A stretch of 64,000 nucleotides of DNA from assembly GCA_047495785.1 (NCBI GenBank), contig JBLDXI010000018.1, positions 124,001-188,000 of the forward strand, read 5' to 3'. The notes below the pieces were generated by a model. That model ran no database searches and was not told the origin of the DNA. It was given only the letters and a program-made list of their open reading frames with translations. Shown one piece after another: positions 11,664 to 22,872 of this stretch. The number at the start of each line of letters is the position of its first letter. The stretch's first letter is position 1. Source of the stretch: Lepidodermella squamata. Taxonomy: Eukaryota > Animalia > Gastrotricha. A program made the translations under genes and the position numbers.

Positions 11664-13718
11664 TCACACAGAAGTTTCACTGAGTTCTGACAATAGTGTG
11701 TCTTTCGGGGGTTTGTAGCAGGCGAACAACTTCGACTTTAAACTGTTGTCCAACTTCGCGTAAATCTCCTTCCTCCGCTTCGCCCTTGGCCCGAGAAATA
11801 ACTGAATTGTCCGTGATGAAGATAGAGATGAAGCATCAATCGAGGCCCGAGCTAACAAACTACAGCTAGATGAAACATCACTTCTAGTTCGTTTCCTCGT
11901 AAAATCAAACATTTCTTCATCATCGTCGAAAACTGATTGGAACTCATTCAACTCTTCGGCATCTAACGCTCCGGTGGCTAAGGAGTAAAGCATCAAAAGT
12001 TCGCTTGGCTCTAGCATGTAGACTATGTTAGAGAAGTCTACAGTACTTCCGGCCTCCAAAGTTGATTCAGAGCCAAAAACAGACTCAGTTTCACTCCGAC
12101 TCCGCTGCGAACAGCTGCAAGCATTGGTTGAAGTTGAAGATGACGGAGTTGGCGTTGATTTCATTGATGGAACTTCAGTTTTGTCCGATGAATCTTTCGA
12201 TACTTTTTCCGAATCAACACTTTCAGGCTTATCAGACGCATTCAAAACACCGTAGCATGATGGAGACTTTGATATTGTCATCAGAAGCAGATCACTCGTT
12301 TTCCTAGCTAAAGATACGGATTTGCGGATCTGCATCCCATTTCTAATATAATCATCCATAGTCACAGTTGGCTCGGCGAAACTGATGTGTAATTGTTGCT
12401 TCGACGGACTGTTGCCCTTTAAATTTAATGACCCGGACTGCCGGAGAACCCCGGTAATTGGCGAGCCAATATCAGGGTTAAGACTAAGCGGTTTACTCTG
12501 GAAGCAGCTGGTGACTGTTAAATGCTGATCTGTGCTGGGAGATGTACAGCGAGGCGTAGGGTTGTTGCTGGTTACGTGAGAATAGCGACTGAAACGGGCG
12601 ATATGCATGAATCCTGGATCGCACGGTGTCGCAACTTCACTAGAGAACGAGTCGCGTTTCCGCTTTCTCAAAACTGTTCGATAAAGCAGGGAATTAAAAG
12701 CAGGATTAGCCGAGGCGAGAAGCAGCAAAACCCTCAAACTAGTCGCTTCACTATCACTGAGCGGTTGATAACCACACGAGTAATGAAAAACGTGAAACAT
12801 AAGCAACGGAGTCCAGCAAACAAAATGAACCAATTGAACCAAAATCGCAGTGAAAGTGACCATACGTTTTCTACGTTCCAGTGTGAACTTTCTGATTTGT
12901 GCGTCGTTAAAACTAATATTTCCCTCCCGGAAATCGATGTCTGAGGTCAAAGTCATGACCTTGTAAATAATTCGACCGTAGCAAAACGGAAACAAGACGC
13001 CAGGAATAATCAGAATGAAAAAGAGGCCTTGTAACAATTTGAATGATCTAGAAATGCTTCTAGGTAATGATAGAAACAAGCCTTTAATTATTTCGTTTTC
13101 TTTTTCAAAGCTGGAATAAGAGCCGATGCAGAATAGCGAAGCAGATTCTTCATTCCGGGGAACATTTTTCGAATTCAACCGATTAATCAACTCATAAGTC
13201 CCGAAGAACAGGACATTGGTGAAAAACGGCAGTGAAACAACGGCGCAACTAATGGCGATTCCAGCGAACTTTTTTGTTAGCATCGGATTTCGCGTGAATG
13301 GCTTCAGAATCGTCAAATACCTCTCGATAGCAATGAAACTCAACGTGATAGAAATCATGTCCGGAAACAGCGTTTCTAAAAACGGGCTCAGCTTGTGTAT
13401 CAGGAAGCGAAGGAAAGCGTTGTTAGCTAGTGCTGAACTTCCACTCCAGTGAGCCGACCAAATATCGGCCAGATTTAACGGTATATTGATCAAAGGCCAC
13501 AGAGTGTCGCATGTCATTAAACAGAGGATGTAAGGATTTGTGACAAAATTGGCGCCTCTTCGCAAACAAAATCGAGTTAAGGTAATGAGATTTGCCGTTA
13601 GAGTTACCGCGAGAATTGCGGCGTAGAAAAGGGTTAGGATGACCAGGACAGGAATTTGCTGATAAAAGAACAAAACCTGCACCGGACTGGCGGAGTTGTT
13701 CGTCGGTACAGAATTCAT
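11664..13718 (-). CDS. Rhodopsin-class GPCR, paralog of 7951-9558, with long Ser-rich C-tail, intronless
   Basis: Shares VTNPY, LWP.IN.P.NL, FPD.IS.TL..IAIERY, LFPFCYG, CWTP and NPAFNSLLY with the neighbour; first in-frame ATG 13718. Confidence 0.9.
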   Translation of the reverse strand: MNSVPTNNSASPVQVLFFYQQIPVLVILTLFYAAILAVTLTANLITLTRFCLRRGANFVTNPYILCLMTCDTLWPLINIPLNLADIWSAHWSGSSALANNAFLRFLIHKLSPFLETLFPDMISITLSFIAIERYLTILKPFTRNPMLTKKFAGIAISCAVVSLPFFTNVLFFGTYELINRLNSKNVPRNEESASLFCIGSYSSFEKENEIIKGLFLSLPRSISRSFKLLQGLFFILIIPGVLFPFCYGRIIYKVMTLTSDIDFREGNISFNDAQIRKFTLERRKRMVTFTAILVQLVHFVCWTPLLMFHVFHYSCGYQPLSDSEATSLRVLLLLASANPAFNSLLYRTVLRKRKRDSFSSEVATPCDPGFMHIARFSRYSHVTSNNPTPRCTSPSTDQHLTVTSCFQSKPLSLNPDIGSPITGVLRQSGSLNLKGNSPSKQQLHISFAEPTVTMDDYIRNGMQIRKSVSLARKTSDLLLMTISKSPSCYGVLNASDKPESVDSEKVSKDSSDKTEVPSMKSTPTPSSSTSTNACSCSQRSRSETESVFGSESTLEAGSTVDFSNIVYMLEPSELLMLYSLATGALDAEELNEFQSVFDDDEEMFDFTRKRTRSDVSSSCSLLARASIDASSLSSSRTIQLFLGPRAKRRKEIYAKLDNSLKSKLFACYKPPKDTLLSELSETSV

Positions 13719-13994
13719 CACCTTGTTTTCCGCTAGATTTCATACGAACTGAGTCGCACTCGACGTATCTCGCTGGGTCGAAATCGATGCGTAGGGCGGT
13801 GGATTAACGACCAAAGCATCAATAGGTGCGAATGCGCATGTGTGGATTATATTTCTCAGACCTCAAAATAAACTTGATCCAGACATAAAACTTGAATTTA
13901 ATTTAAAAAATGCAAATCGAATTTGTACTCTCTCAGGCCAAACGGAATGATTCTTCACCTCACCCCATTTGATTTCCTGTACTCGAGCCAAATA

Positions 13995-15161
13995 ATGACC
14001 GAGATTGTGACTTTTCTGGCTTTGTTAGTTCCAAGCATCTTAGCTCAGGATTTAAATCTGGAAGATGAATTTCTGGCTAACTGCTCGATGTTTTCTCGAG
14101 TCGTCTACACTCCAACATGTGCAGAGGGCGAGTTGGTGACTAATTTAACCTGCAGCCCAACTGAGGTCCAGATTTCATTGTCGCTGCAACAATTTCACGG
14201 AATAGACGAAGAGCGTGAGTCAATGAGCTTCTCCGCAGCTCTTGCTCTCAAATGGTGCGCAATTTGTGAAGATTACCTCTCGACTGGCTACAAAACGTTC
14301 TACGTCGATGAGGAGAAATTTTGGCGGCCGCGAATCATCCACAAGAATGCAAAACAGGACTTCGCGATGATGGATGGATTTACCAGCCGCTTTCTACCGA
14401 TTTTCAACCCTGCTGAGGCTAGAAATGTGCAAACCTGTGCTTACTGGCAGAAAATTGGTGTTCTCACAACTTCTTGTCCTATGGACGTTACTCTATTCCC
14501 GTTTGATAGCCACATTTGCTCTACAGTCTTCGCCCTTCAGGAACACGTTAGTGGAGCTGTTTTACAGTTAATGACCAGTTCGACGAAGAACTCCGTCGAC
14601 GCTGATTTCGCCTCACCTGGCCTAGGTTGGGAAGTCACTCGTTGGTCGTACGCCACGAAATTTGTCGATGTTTTCGGGAATCGAAGTGTCGCAACTTTCA
14701 CGCTTGGATTTCGAAGAATGTCCAAGTACTACGTCTACAACTGCATGCTACCCATCTTCGCAATCACTGCCCTGCAACTCGTTGCTTTCTTCTTACAACC
14801 TGAACTACCTGATCGACCGATTTTCTCCGCTGCGGCTTTCTTAGCCTTCATTCTCTGCCAAGCTTCGATATCAAGCAAACTGCCTCTGCAACTCAGCAGA
14901 AGGACCTATTTGAGCAATTACATTGACATGAATTTAGCTGTAGCCTTAGCTTGTTGCATCTACACTGTAACGACTTGCTGCTATTCCAGAACTTACAGGA
15001 AGTGGTTCAAGACTGATGTTTGTTTAATGTGGTCTGAACAGCCGATTCGTATCTCTTACGGGCGTGTTATTGACGGTATGAGCGGCATAGTAGCTTGTGC
15101 TCTGATTTTATTTATTAATTGGCACGCCTTTGCTACCGCCAGAACTGTAGCACTGAAATAA
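13995..15161 (+). CDS. Divergent Cys-loop ligand-gated ion channel subunit (non-alpha), intronless
   Basis: Signal peptide MTEIVTFLALLVPSILA; FWRPRI (loop A WxP); Cys-loop CPMDVTLFPFDSHIC; pre-M1 FRRMSKYY; four TM segments; no vicinal Cys in loop C. Confidence 0.88.
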   Translation: MTEIVTFLALLVPSILAQDLNLEDEFLANCSMFSRVVYTPTCAEGELVTNLTCSPTEVQISLSLQQFHGIDEERESMSFSAALALKWCAICEDYLSTGYKTFYVDEEKFWRPRIIHKNAKQDFAMMDGFTSRFLPIFNPAEARNVQTCAYWQKIGVLTTSCPMDVTLFPFDSHICSTVFALQEHVSGAVLQLMTSSTKNSVDADFASPGLGWEVTRWSYATKFVDVFGNRSVATFTLGFRRMSKYYVYNCMLPIFAITALQLVAFFLQPELPDRPIFSAAAFLAFILCQASISSKLPLQLSRRTYLSNYIDMNLAVALACCIYTVTTCCYSRTYRKWFKTDVCLMWSEQPIRISYGRVIDGMSGIVACALILFINWHAFATARTVALK

Positions 15162-15665
15162 CGCATATACCTTCAACGTGGAATACTCTGAAATAACGTA
15201 GTTCGTTCATGTTTGAATGAGTTAACCGTGAATAAAGTTTTTACTGGCAGGTGGAAATGGACCACTGTTTAACATGAGAAGGAACTTGAAGCTCGGCGTT
15301 TTATTTGAACAACACCATTGTTTTGAACTATATAAAGAACGTGCAGTTGCCAAGAAGATAACTATAATAGCCAAATGCATCATCTGTCCAGATTTGTTTG
15401 GTTCGCATGCCTCAAATTTAAAACTTTCGTTGAATGATAGGATCCATAGAGCTAGTTTCAAGATCCTACTCCTGACTAGGGCTGTAAACGCCATGGGCGC
15501 CAGATGTGATGAATCAGCATCGAGTGGTTGGAAAAGTAAGCAAATCAGGTGATTTTCGATCGCTCATTATTCTTGAACGATTAGTCATAGTAAACAATTC
15601 CCGGCAGATCCAGGTAGCTCTTGAAACGATGAACACATTTATTATTTTTTTCGAAATTTCAACTA

Positions 15666-16602
15666 CCGCATTTCATCAAATAATAGCCATGGCTACTATT
15701 TTTTCCGAAACTCCGAAAATGGTCCAAAAAAGAGGCAATTATTCGAGGGGGCTATTATTCGAGGGGTGCTATTATTTATCGGTAATTGGCAATTTCATCA
15801 TCGCAAATCGTTTGCGCTGTTGAATTCTCTGTTTTTTACCCATACTGCTAATTAATCCTCGGCATCAACTAACAACGGCTTACGTCCACCACCTTAATCC
15901 GCTTAGCAGTATAAGGCGACGCAATTAGGACAGCTTTTTCCTTCCTCCTCCCTCCTCCAGCGCGCCACCTGCTTCGGACAAGGCATGGCGTGGCTATTAT
16001 TCGAGGGGGGCTATTATTTACTTTGGGTCTATTTCACCGCCCTAAAAATACATGTTTTTGCATTGTGAAATTCCATTTTCATTTAAATTTGTAGCGTATC
16101 GGGGTCGAAAAACGAGAGCCAAAAGCATCATATTTACAGGATCTTTGATGTTCTCGGACGCACGGATTAGAACTTTCGTCCGAAAATTCATTTTTTGCCC
16201 GTGTCGCCCACCACCCCCGACACGTTCCGAGAGGCTGCGAAAATCGTGTGGCGCCACGTGCATCGCTACTTAATCCCGTTGTCCGTCTCTTTTGGGCGCC
16301 ACCCACCCGTAGGACAACCCGGATGCCGCCCAAAACACGGCTTAAAAATGCGTCAGAAGTGCATCGGAGCGCATCGACAGAGAAATTGGAGGGTGCCTAA
16401 TACCGGGTGCGCGCGTTTGGCAAGAATTAAGATGCGAAAAAACAGCTTGGCAGAATTTAAAAAAGTGCGTATTTCATCATTTTTTATATAATTTTTAAGG
16501 CGGTGAAATACACCCTTTTAAATGCTCAAAATAGCCTAAAATTTCGGGCTATTATTCGAGGGGGCTTTTATTCGAGTGAGGCTATTAATCGATGAAATAC
16601 GG
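15666..16602. mobile_element. Tc2/pogo-type MITE
   Basis: TA|CCGCATTTCATCAAATAATAGCC ... GGCTATTAATCGATGAAATACGG|TA; internal repeats GGCTATTATTCGAGGGGG. Confidence 0.8.
16032..16508. mobile_element. MITE nested in the Tc2-type MITE
   Basis: TA|TTTCACCGCCCTAAAAA ... TTTTTAAGGCGGTGAAA|TA inverted ends with TA on both sides. Confidence 0.7.
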
Positions 16603-17020
16603 TATTTCGAAATGGGGGAAAATCGCAAAAAATGAAATTGATCAATTAATAAAATATGGAAACTGCCAATAAGAAGGTGAAATTGAAGGGTATTTCTAAC
16701 GGACCAGGTAATTCTGATCACGCTCTACAATTAGATGCTTGGAGCGAGCTTGGAAGATTTTTTTCAGATTTTCTAGAATTTTTTTATTTATTGAATGAAT
16801 GGTTTTTCACTACATTTTGACTCTGATCCAGCTGCGGACTCAATCCAGCCACACCATGTGCACATGGCGCACGTGCTGTCAACAAAGAACCTGGATAGAA
16901 TCCAACAGGCTATCTCCATTTTTGTAATGTAAAAAACCAGGTGGAATAATTCATAAAATCATAGAAAATCAGGAAACAACTGACTGGAAAAAGCGGTACC
17001 AGCTGTACTCTCGGCTAACT

Positions 17021-17914
17021 TTGGAGGTGGCCAAGCTCTACGAGAGCAAGGCGAAGCTCGAGGAGGAGCTGTCGATGCACAGTCGACGGCTTCATCAGCT
17101 TGAATTGGCGGATGCCAGCAAGTCGCTGGTGATTGGGGGCTTCGCAGAGAACGCTACCGATGAGGAGATCTTCGACGTCCTTGATGATTTGCTTGAAGAC
17201 GTGGAATTCGATGTTTTCGAGCGTCTGGGCAAGACCACTTATCGAGTCACGTTCCATTCGCAATCCCATGCGAAGCGGGTCCTCGATGCTATCTCCTTGC
17301 GATGGGAAAAGCCTCATTTTGCGAAACCCTACTATTCGTTCCATCAGCGAGAAGTGCGAAACGAAGCGAAGAGTTACATCGAAAACCGCCCAGACAAAGC
17401 GGAACTGAAAATCCAAGGGAACAGAATTGTGAAAGATGGAAAAACCGAGGTTTTCTACAATTCACGAAAGAAAGCATGGATCAAGCCAGAGGCGGCGACC
17501 GTCGATCGGCCGTTCGTTAACAACCGTCGTGGCTCACAATACCCGGGTAGTCAAGAACATCGACAGGCTCCCGAGGATGTCCACAACAATGGCGGAAATG
17601 AGGTCAATCGCGGAAACCAGGCCAATGGCGGAAATCAGGTCAATGGCGGAAACCAGGCCAACAGACAGCAGAATCAGCAACAACAACATACCAACCAGAT
17701 GGCACGTGCTGGCACGTGCTTCAATTGCAATGCTCCAGGTCATTACTGGCGCCAGTGCCCGGCACCAGTGCAACCACGTGCGCCGCCCGTACGCAACAAT
17801 AACAACAAAAACAAGTTTTTCAACCCGCGCATGGCACGCGACAACCGACGAAACGAACACGCGCCGCCAACGCCGAACTACAACGCACAACAACAACACA
17901 CCGGTGGATACTAA
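17021..17914 (+). CDS. LINE ORF1-like protein (coiled coil, RRM-like region, N/Q-rich region, CCHC zinc knuckle)
   Basis: CFNCNAPGHYWRQC; start codon uncertain (TTG in track). Confidence 0.7.
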   Translation: MEVAKLYESKAKLEEELSMHSRRLHQLELADASKSLVIGGFAENATDEEIFDVLDDLLEDVEFDVFERLGKTTYRVTFHSQSHAKRVLDAISLRWEKPHFAKPYYSFHQREVRNEAKSYIENRPDKAELKIQGNRIVKDGKTEVFYNSRKKAWIKPEAATVDRPFVNNRRGSQYPGSQEHRQAPEDVHNNGGNEVNRGNQANGGNQVNGGNQANRQQNQQQQHTNQMARAGTCFNCNAPGHYWRQCPAPVQPRAPPVRNNNNKNKFFNPRMARDNRRNEHAPPTPNYNAQQQHTGGY

Positions 17915-20900
17915 AAACTGTTTCGAACCTTTGTTGACACTTTCTGATCAATGCAAGATAGGAAACGACGAGAGATCAGATGAAGATGAACAGGTAGGCG
18001 AACGATCTGCTAAAAGACGTCGCAACAAAAAGAACCTTCGTAGCCACCAAGCTTATGAATTATTTAGACTGATTTTGTTGGCAACACTAAATATTAGAAC
18101 CGAAAAAGACAAAAATTGGGAGATGGATGATGAATTTGCAAATTTTCACGTGGTAGCCGTGCAAGAGCATCGTATGAAAGGGAAAGGTTCAATCAACCTT
18201 GGTTCTGGAATTTTTTATTATTGTGGCCTGGATGACGGTGCGACGGCCCGTTCTGGGACAGGATTGTACGTAAAAAAATGTAAATTTATCAAAGTCACAT
18301 CAATAAATTTTGTTAGCGACCGATTAATGTCGGCCAGGCTAAAAATCTATCGTGAGACCTTCAGCGTCATAGTAGTCTATGCACCCGCGGCGAATGACAC
18401 GAAATTACTGGACAAATTTATTTCTGATTTACAGCTGGAATACAATAGATTGGTGACTAAGTCAGGTAAAATTATAATTCTGGGCGACCTGAATGGTCAA
18501 GTTAAAAGCCAGAAAAACTCAAAAGTTGTAGGCGAACACGCTAATCCAATAGGAAACCCAAAAGGCAACTGCTGGGTTGAATTTGCGGCTAGTAATAATT
18601 TGTGCTTTGTAAACTCATTTTTTCCTAATTGCGGATACTCTTGGGTGTCAGGTGACGGTAAAAATCGACCGCTAATTGATTTCGTACTAACTCCTACTGA
18701 GGATAGGCAATTATTCCACTCGTCATATCGTTGAAGAACCTGTTTTGGGATCTGATCATCGGTTAGTCGTTGCTAAGCTAAAACTCCCGTATTACAATAG
18801 ACCCAAAGTAATTAACTCTGGAAAAATTCTGAACAATAACCGTCTACGTGACAGTAATTATCAAACAGTTTTCAATGAAAAAATCACTGATCTTCGCAAC
18901 TCGAAAGTCAGTGATGAAGCATCGACATCTACTAGCCTGAGCGCTCAATACAAAAACATGAAAAACACGCTGCTTTCAGCCACTAGAATCGCGTGCGGTG
19001 AGCGAGCAAGAACAATTTTCAACCCAAAACCACCCTGGTGGTGCAAACAGGCAGCAGAGGCTGTGAAAACAGCTAAAGCCAGCTATGCGCAGTACCAGAA
19101 ATCTCTGATAACTAAGGAAGTGTATAACAAAGTTCGAGACTGGAAGAAAAAATTGCTGCAAAAACTGGAGAAAGATTTCAACATTAGAGAATTACAAGAT
19201 TTGAACGATTTGAACGAAGGAAATGACTGGGAAAATTTACGAAAATTTTGGGCTAAAGTTAAAAAACTACGGAACCAGAAAAATGGCGGCGCTCAATTAT
19301 TACAACCGATAAAGAATAAAGACGGTGAACTAGTCACTGATTTAGATCAAATTCTTGATGCGATGAAGGATTACTTTTCGGAGCTCCTCGAGGGCTGTGA
19401 GATTGACGACTTCATTGCAGAATGCGACGCAAACATTGGCAGCGACGAACCCCCTCCGCCTGATTCGGACGGTATTAGTACTCAAGAAATCAAATCAGCC
19501 TTAAATCATATGAAAAATGGCAAGGCCGCCGGCATCGATGAGGTAACCCCAGAGATGCTGAAAGCCTTGGATGACGCCGGTATTGAATGGCTCGCGCAAA
19601 TTCTAAATCAGGCTTGGTCGACCAAGACCATCCCTGAGGAGTGGTCGACGGCGATCATAGCACCATTATATAAGAATAAGGGCGAAAAATCAGATTGCAA
19701 AAATTATCGCGGAATCAGTTTACTGAGTTTTGTTGGAAAATTATACGCGATCATCCTGGAACGCAAATTGCGAAGTTTAATTGGCGCTAAAATTTCCAAA
19801 CGTCAATTTGGCTTTCAACCAAGGAAAGGCTGTAGGGATTGCATTTTTGTGCTTCGAAGACTTATTGAAAAAGTTATTTGCTGCGGCGGTAAGGAAATGC
19901 ATTTAGTTTTCATTGACCTGGAGAAGGCCTACGATCTGATCGACCGCGAGAAGGTCTGGGCCGCGCTCGAGGAACTAGGTGTCGATGCTAACCTTATTGC
20001 GGCTGTTAAAAGCTTTTATAAATGTAACAAAGTAGCAGTCAAAATAAATAATCAACTCTCGGACTTCTTTGTGGTGAAGAGGGGCTTACGGCAAGGCTGT
20101 CCCTTGTCTCCGCTACTCTTCATCGCAACGTTCGATAAAATCTGCCGAAAATTGATGGACACCCCAGGTGGCTTCCCTATTAATACTGAACAATTTTTGA
20201 ACCTGATTGCCTTCGCGGATGATGGAACTTTAATAGGTATGAGTCATGAAGAAATTAAATTATTATTGGATGTTTTCAATAAGGCATGTACGGAGCTAGG
20301 CTTGAAAATCAGCATCAGTAAAACACAATACATGGTGATCGGTGAGGATAGAAACTACCAACTTGAATTAGACGGCAAACTTTTGGAAAAAGTGACGTCT
20401 TTCAAATATTTAGGAAGCATCATCACTTCTGACGGGAAAATGGACGAGGAGATCAAGGCACGCATAGCGAAAGCTGGCGGCTGCGGTGCCCTCAATAAAC
20501 TTATGTGTAATAGAAAACACGTGAACTTAGCTACGAAATTGAAAGTCCTTAAATGCGTTGTTATTCCTACCGTCACCTATGCCTGCGAAACCTGGAACCT
20601 GACCACCCAACAAGAGCAAAGGTTAAATGTCACCTTTATGCGATGGCTTAGAACAATTATGGGTCTGTTTAGGACAGATTATATTCCTAATGTTGATATT
20701 AGACTGATCTGCGACGTAATGGAATTGAGTAAATTGATTGAAAAATTTCGTCTGAAATATTTTGGCCATATAATTCGACAGGACGAATATGACCCTGAAA
20801 GTCTCACGAGTATTATGTATTATTGGAAAACAGTCGACCCGAGTTGGTACTTGCCTCGCGGCAGGCCGCCAACCCGATGGTCCGACTGCCTCCGAAGAAG

Positions 20901-21164
20901 CCTTCTAAAAATCGGAATTTTTTATATACATGAACAACGTATCAGGGATCCTAAAAACGAGGGCGACCCCGTAAATCAACCTTATTGATGCGACGCATCG
21001 AAATTCACAAAATTGCGGATTTAGAATTGGCGGAAGTAACAGCTAGAGACCGGGAAGAATGGCAGCTACTATGTAACAGTATAGAAAATTATGAATTCAT
21101 GGGAAAAAGCAGATTGTTCGCGACTGTTCCTGAAGCTGATCTCTCGTCGTCAGCCGTCCCCTAA
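17890..21164 (+). pseudogene. LINE ORF2 (APE endonuclease-reverse transcriptase) broken by at least two frameshifts
   Basis: Frame change at ~18730 just before GSDH; second change near 20980, after which LLMRRIEIHKIADLELAEVTARDREEWQ..VP* runs to TAA 21162-21164. Confidence 0.8.
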
Positions 21165-21983
21165 ACCCTTACGGGTAAGGCTTGTATATATATATTATTA
21201 CCATCACTTTTAGCCGAAGGTGGACGTAAAATAAAACATTTTCATTTGTTCATTTCATTTGTTCATTTCATGAAGGAAATATCGGCAATATAAAAATCAC
21301 CTGATTTGTTTACTTTTACAACCACTCGATGCTGATTCATCACAACATCTGGTGCCCATGGTGGTTTCAGGCTTAGTTAGGAGTAGGACCTCTATCTTGA
21401 AACTAGCTCTATGATAGGATCCGAAGTGGATTAGCTAAATTCAAGGCAGGATTTGAAGTTTTCTTTTTCCAGCGGAGATTTCAGCGCGTAAAATATTAGG
21501 TGCGTTTCTTTTTATTCTCTTTTTCTAAATATGCTAATCACAATTGTTTTTAATTTATTTGATGGCTAATGAAACGGATGCCATTGTCACTGGGCACATC
21601 GGAGGCACTTCGGAGAGCAGTTTTTGGGCTCTCTAATATCGACGGCCAGTGCACACTGTTTTTCTCGTTAACATAGCCTGAAGTCGGGAAATAGCATTCA
21701 TTGCTGGAGATCTGGAATGAAAATTAGGGCATTATATTTGATAACCATTTTTCACAAATTTCGAAATATGTTCGAAATGCGTTCGCAAACTACAGGGAGT
21801 CCGTGAAGTCCTGTCACAGGATTGGGTATGGATAGAAGATTGAACTCGCGATCTCCAAGCAATAGAGGGTCGAAAACTTGACAACTTCGAAAAGAAATTT
21901 TTCCAAAACTCCTTAAGTTTATTCGTTCCTTGTTCATCCCTAATAATCTGACTTTGACTCTCATTCCTCGGAAGCAATATTTA

Positions 21984-22740
21984 CCGTACTGCCTGAAATG
22001 TTGGGCCTGTCCTATATTTGTTTCAAACCAACACGGAACCCCGTCTTATATTTGAGACCGCTCTTTATTTGAGGCCTGACCTTTATTTTTTCGAACCCTC
22101 TTTTCAACACATAGTGAATTGTCAAAATTAATCATTTTGTTCATCGGCAAGTAAAACTTCATCCTCCTCGTCATCATCACCTTCAGGAGACTCGCAGTCG
22201 TTTTTCTTGCCCTCCTCTTCATCATCCGCAACAGTTTGGCTTGTTGGCAGAGCTTTCGTCGACTTCAGTAAATCATAGGCACCCCGACATGGCTTTCCTG
22301 GTTTGAGACAGGATATCAGGTCATCTTCCGAGCCATCTAGAGCGACCGTAACACCACATTGCTTGAAGGAATCCTCGATTAGCTCCAACTTAATTGACCT
22401 CCAAGCTTCAAGGATCCACGAGCAGACCACCTCGTAACTGGGGGCCCTCATATTCCCACCTTTTGTGAAAGAATGCTGACTCGAGTCGGCCAAGTACTCA
22501 TCGTACAGCTCGACCAACTTCCTCTTGAATTCACGATTCCATATAACATCCGGGGCTTGCAAATATTTAGTAGTCCCTCCCGGTATCACGGCGATGTCTA
22601 GGCCATAGCGACTAAGTTCTTTTTTCGTATTTTTACTTATGTGAGCGCGAAAACTGTCCCAGCACAACAGGCGACGGCGGCCAAACATCGTACTACCGAA
22701 GACGCGACGCAAGTAACTGGCAGTAAGTTCATCGTCCATA
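21984..22740 (-). mobile_element. 5'-truncated pogo-family (DD35D) DNA transposon; transposase C-terminal part at 22128-22739
   Basis: LCWDSFRAH...LQAPDV with 35 residues between the two Asp; IPGGTT; acidic tail; terminus TA|CCGTA at 21982-21988. Confidence 0.85.
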
Positions 22741-22872
22741 GTCGTTTACATACGGTTTTTAATCTTATAATATAATAATTATATGATGTTATTGTGGTAA
22801 AACTGTCAAACATCCTCTGCTGTCAATCTGTTAGCTAATCAGCAATCCACAATCAGCTCACGCGACACAATC

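Larger units (their letters stand above)
17021..21200 (+). mobile_element. Non-LTR retrotransposon (RTE/RTEX-like LINE), near full length, ORF2 frameshifted; 5' boundary uncertain
   Basis: ORF1 with CCHC knuckle; APE endonuclease (TLN, QE, GDLN, IDF, SDH) plus RT (YRGISLLS, FIDLEKAYD, GLRQGCPLSP, FADD, FKYLG); RTE-type C-terminal RGRPPTRW and ARDREEW; 3' hairpin and (TA)n tail. Confidence 0.9.
15445..21413. mobile_element. Non-autonomous TIR DNA transposon (P-element/hAT-type) hosting nested insertions
   Basis: Perfect 20-bp TIR CATAGAGCTAGTTTCAAGAT extending imperfectly to ~115 bp (15445-15556 / 21293-21413); exact 8-bp TSD ATAGGATC at 15437-15444 and 21414-21421. Confidence 0.85.

Noticed and set aside
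13423-13743. 106-aa ORF starting just upstream of GPCR 2
   Set aside because: Out-of-frame overlap with no features; at most an upstream AUG, and the TSS is unknown
18720-18750. Programmed frameshift in LINE ORF2
   Set aside because: No clear slippery site, and a second break near 20980 points to decay or sequence error
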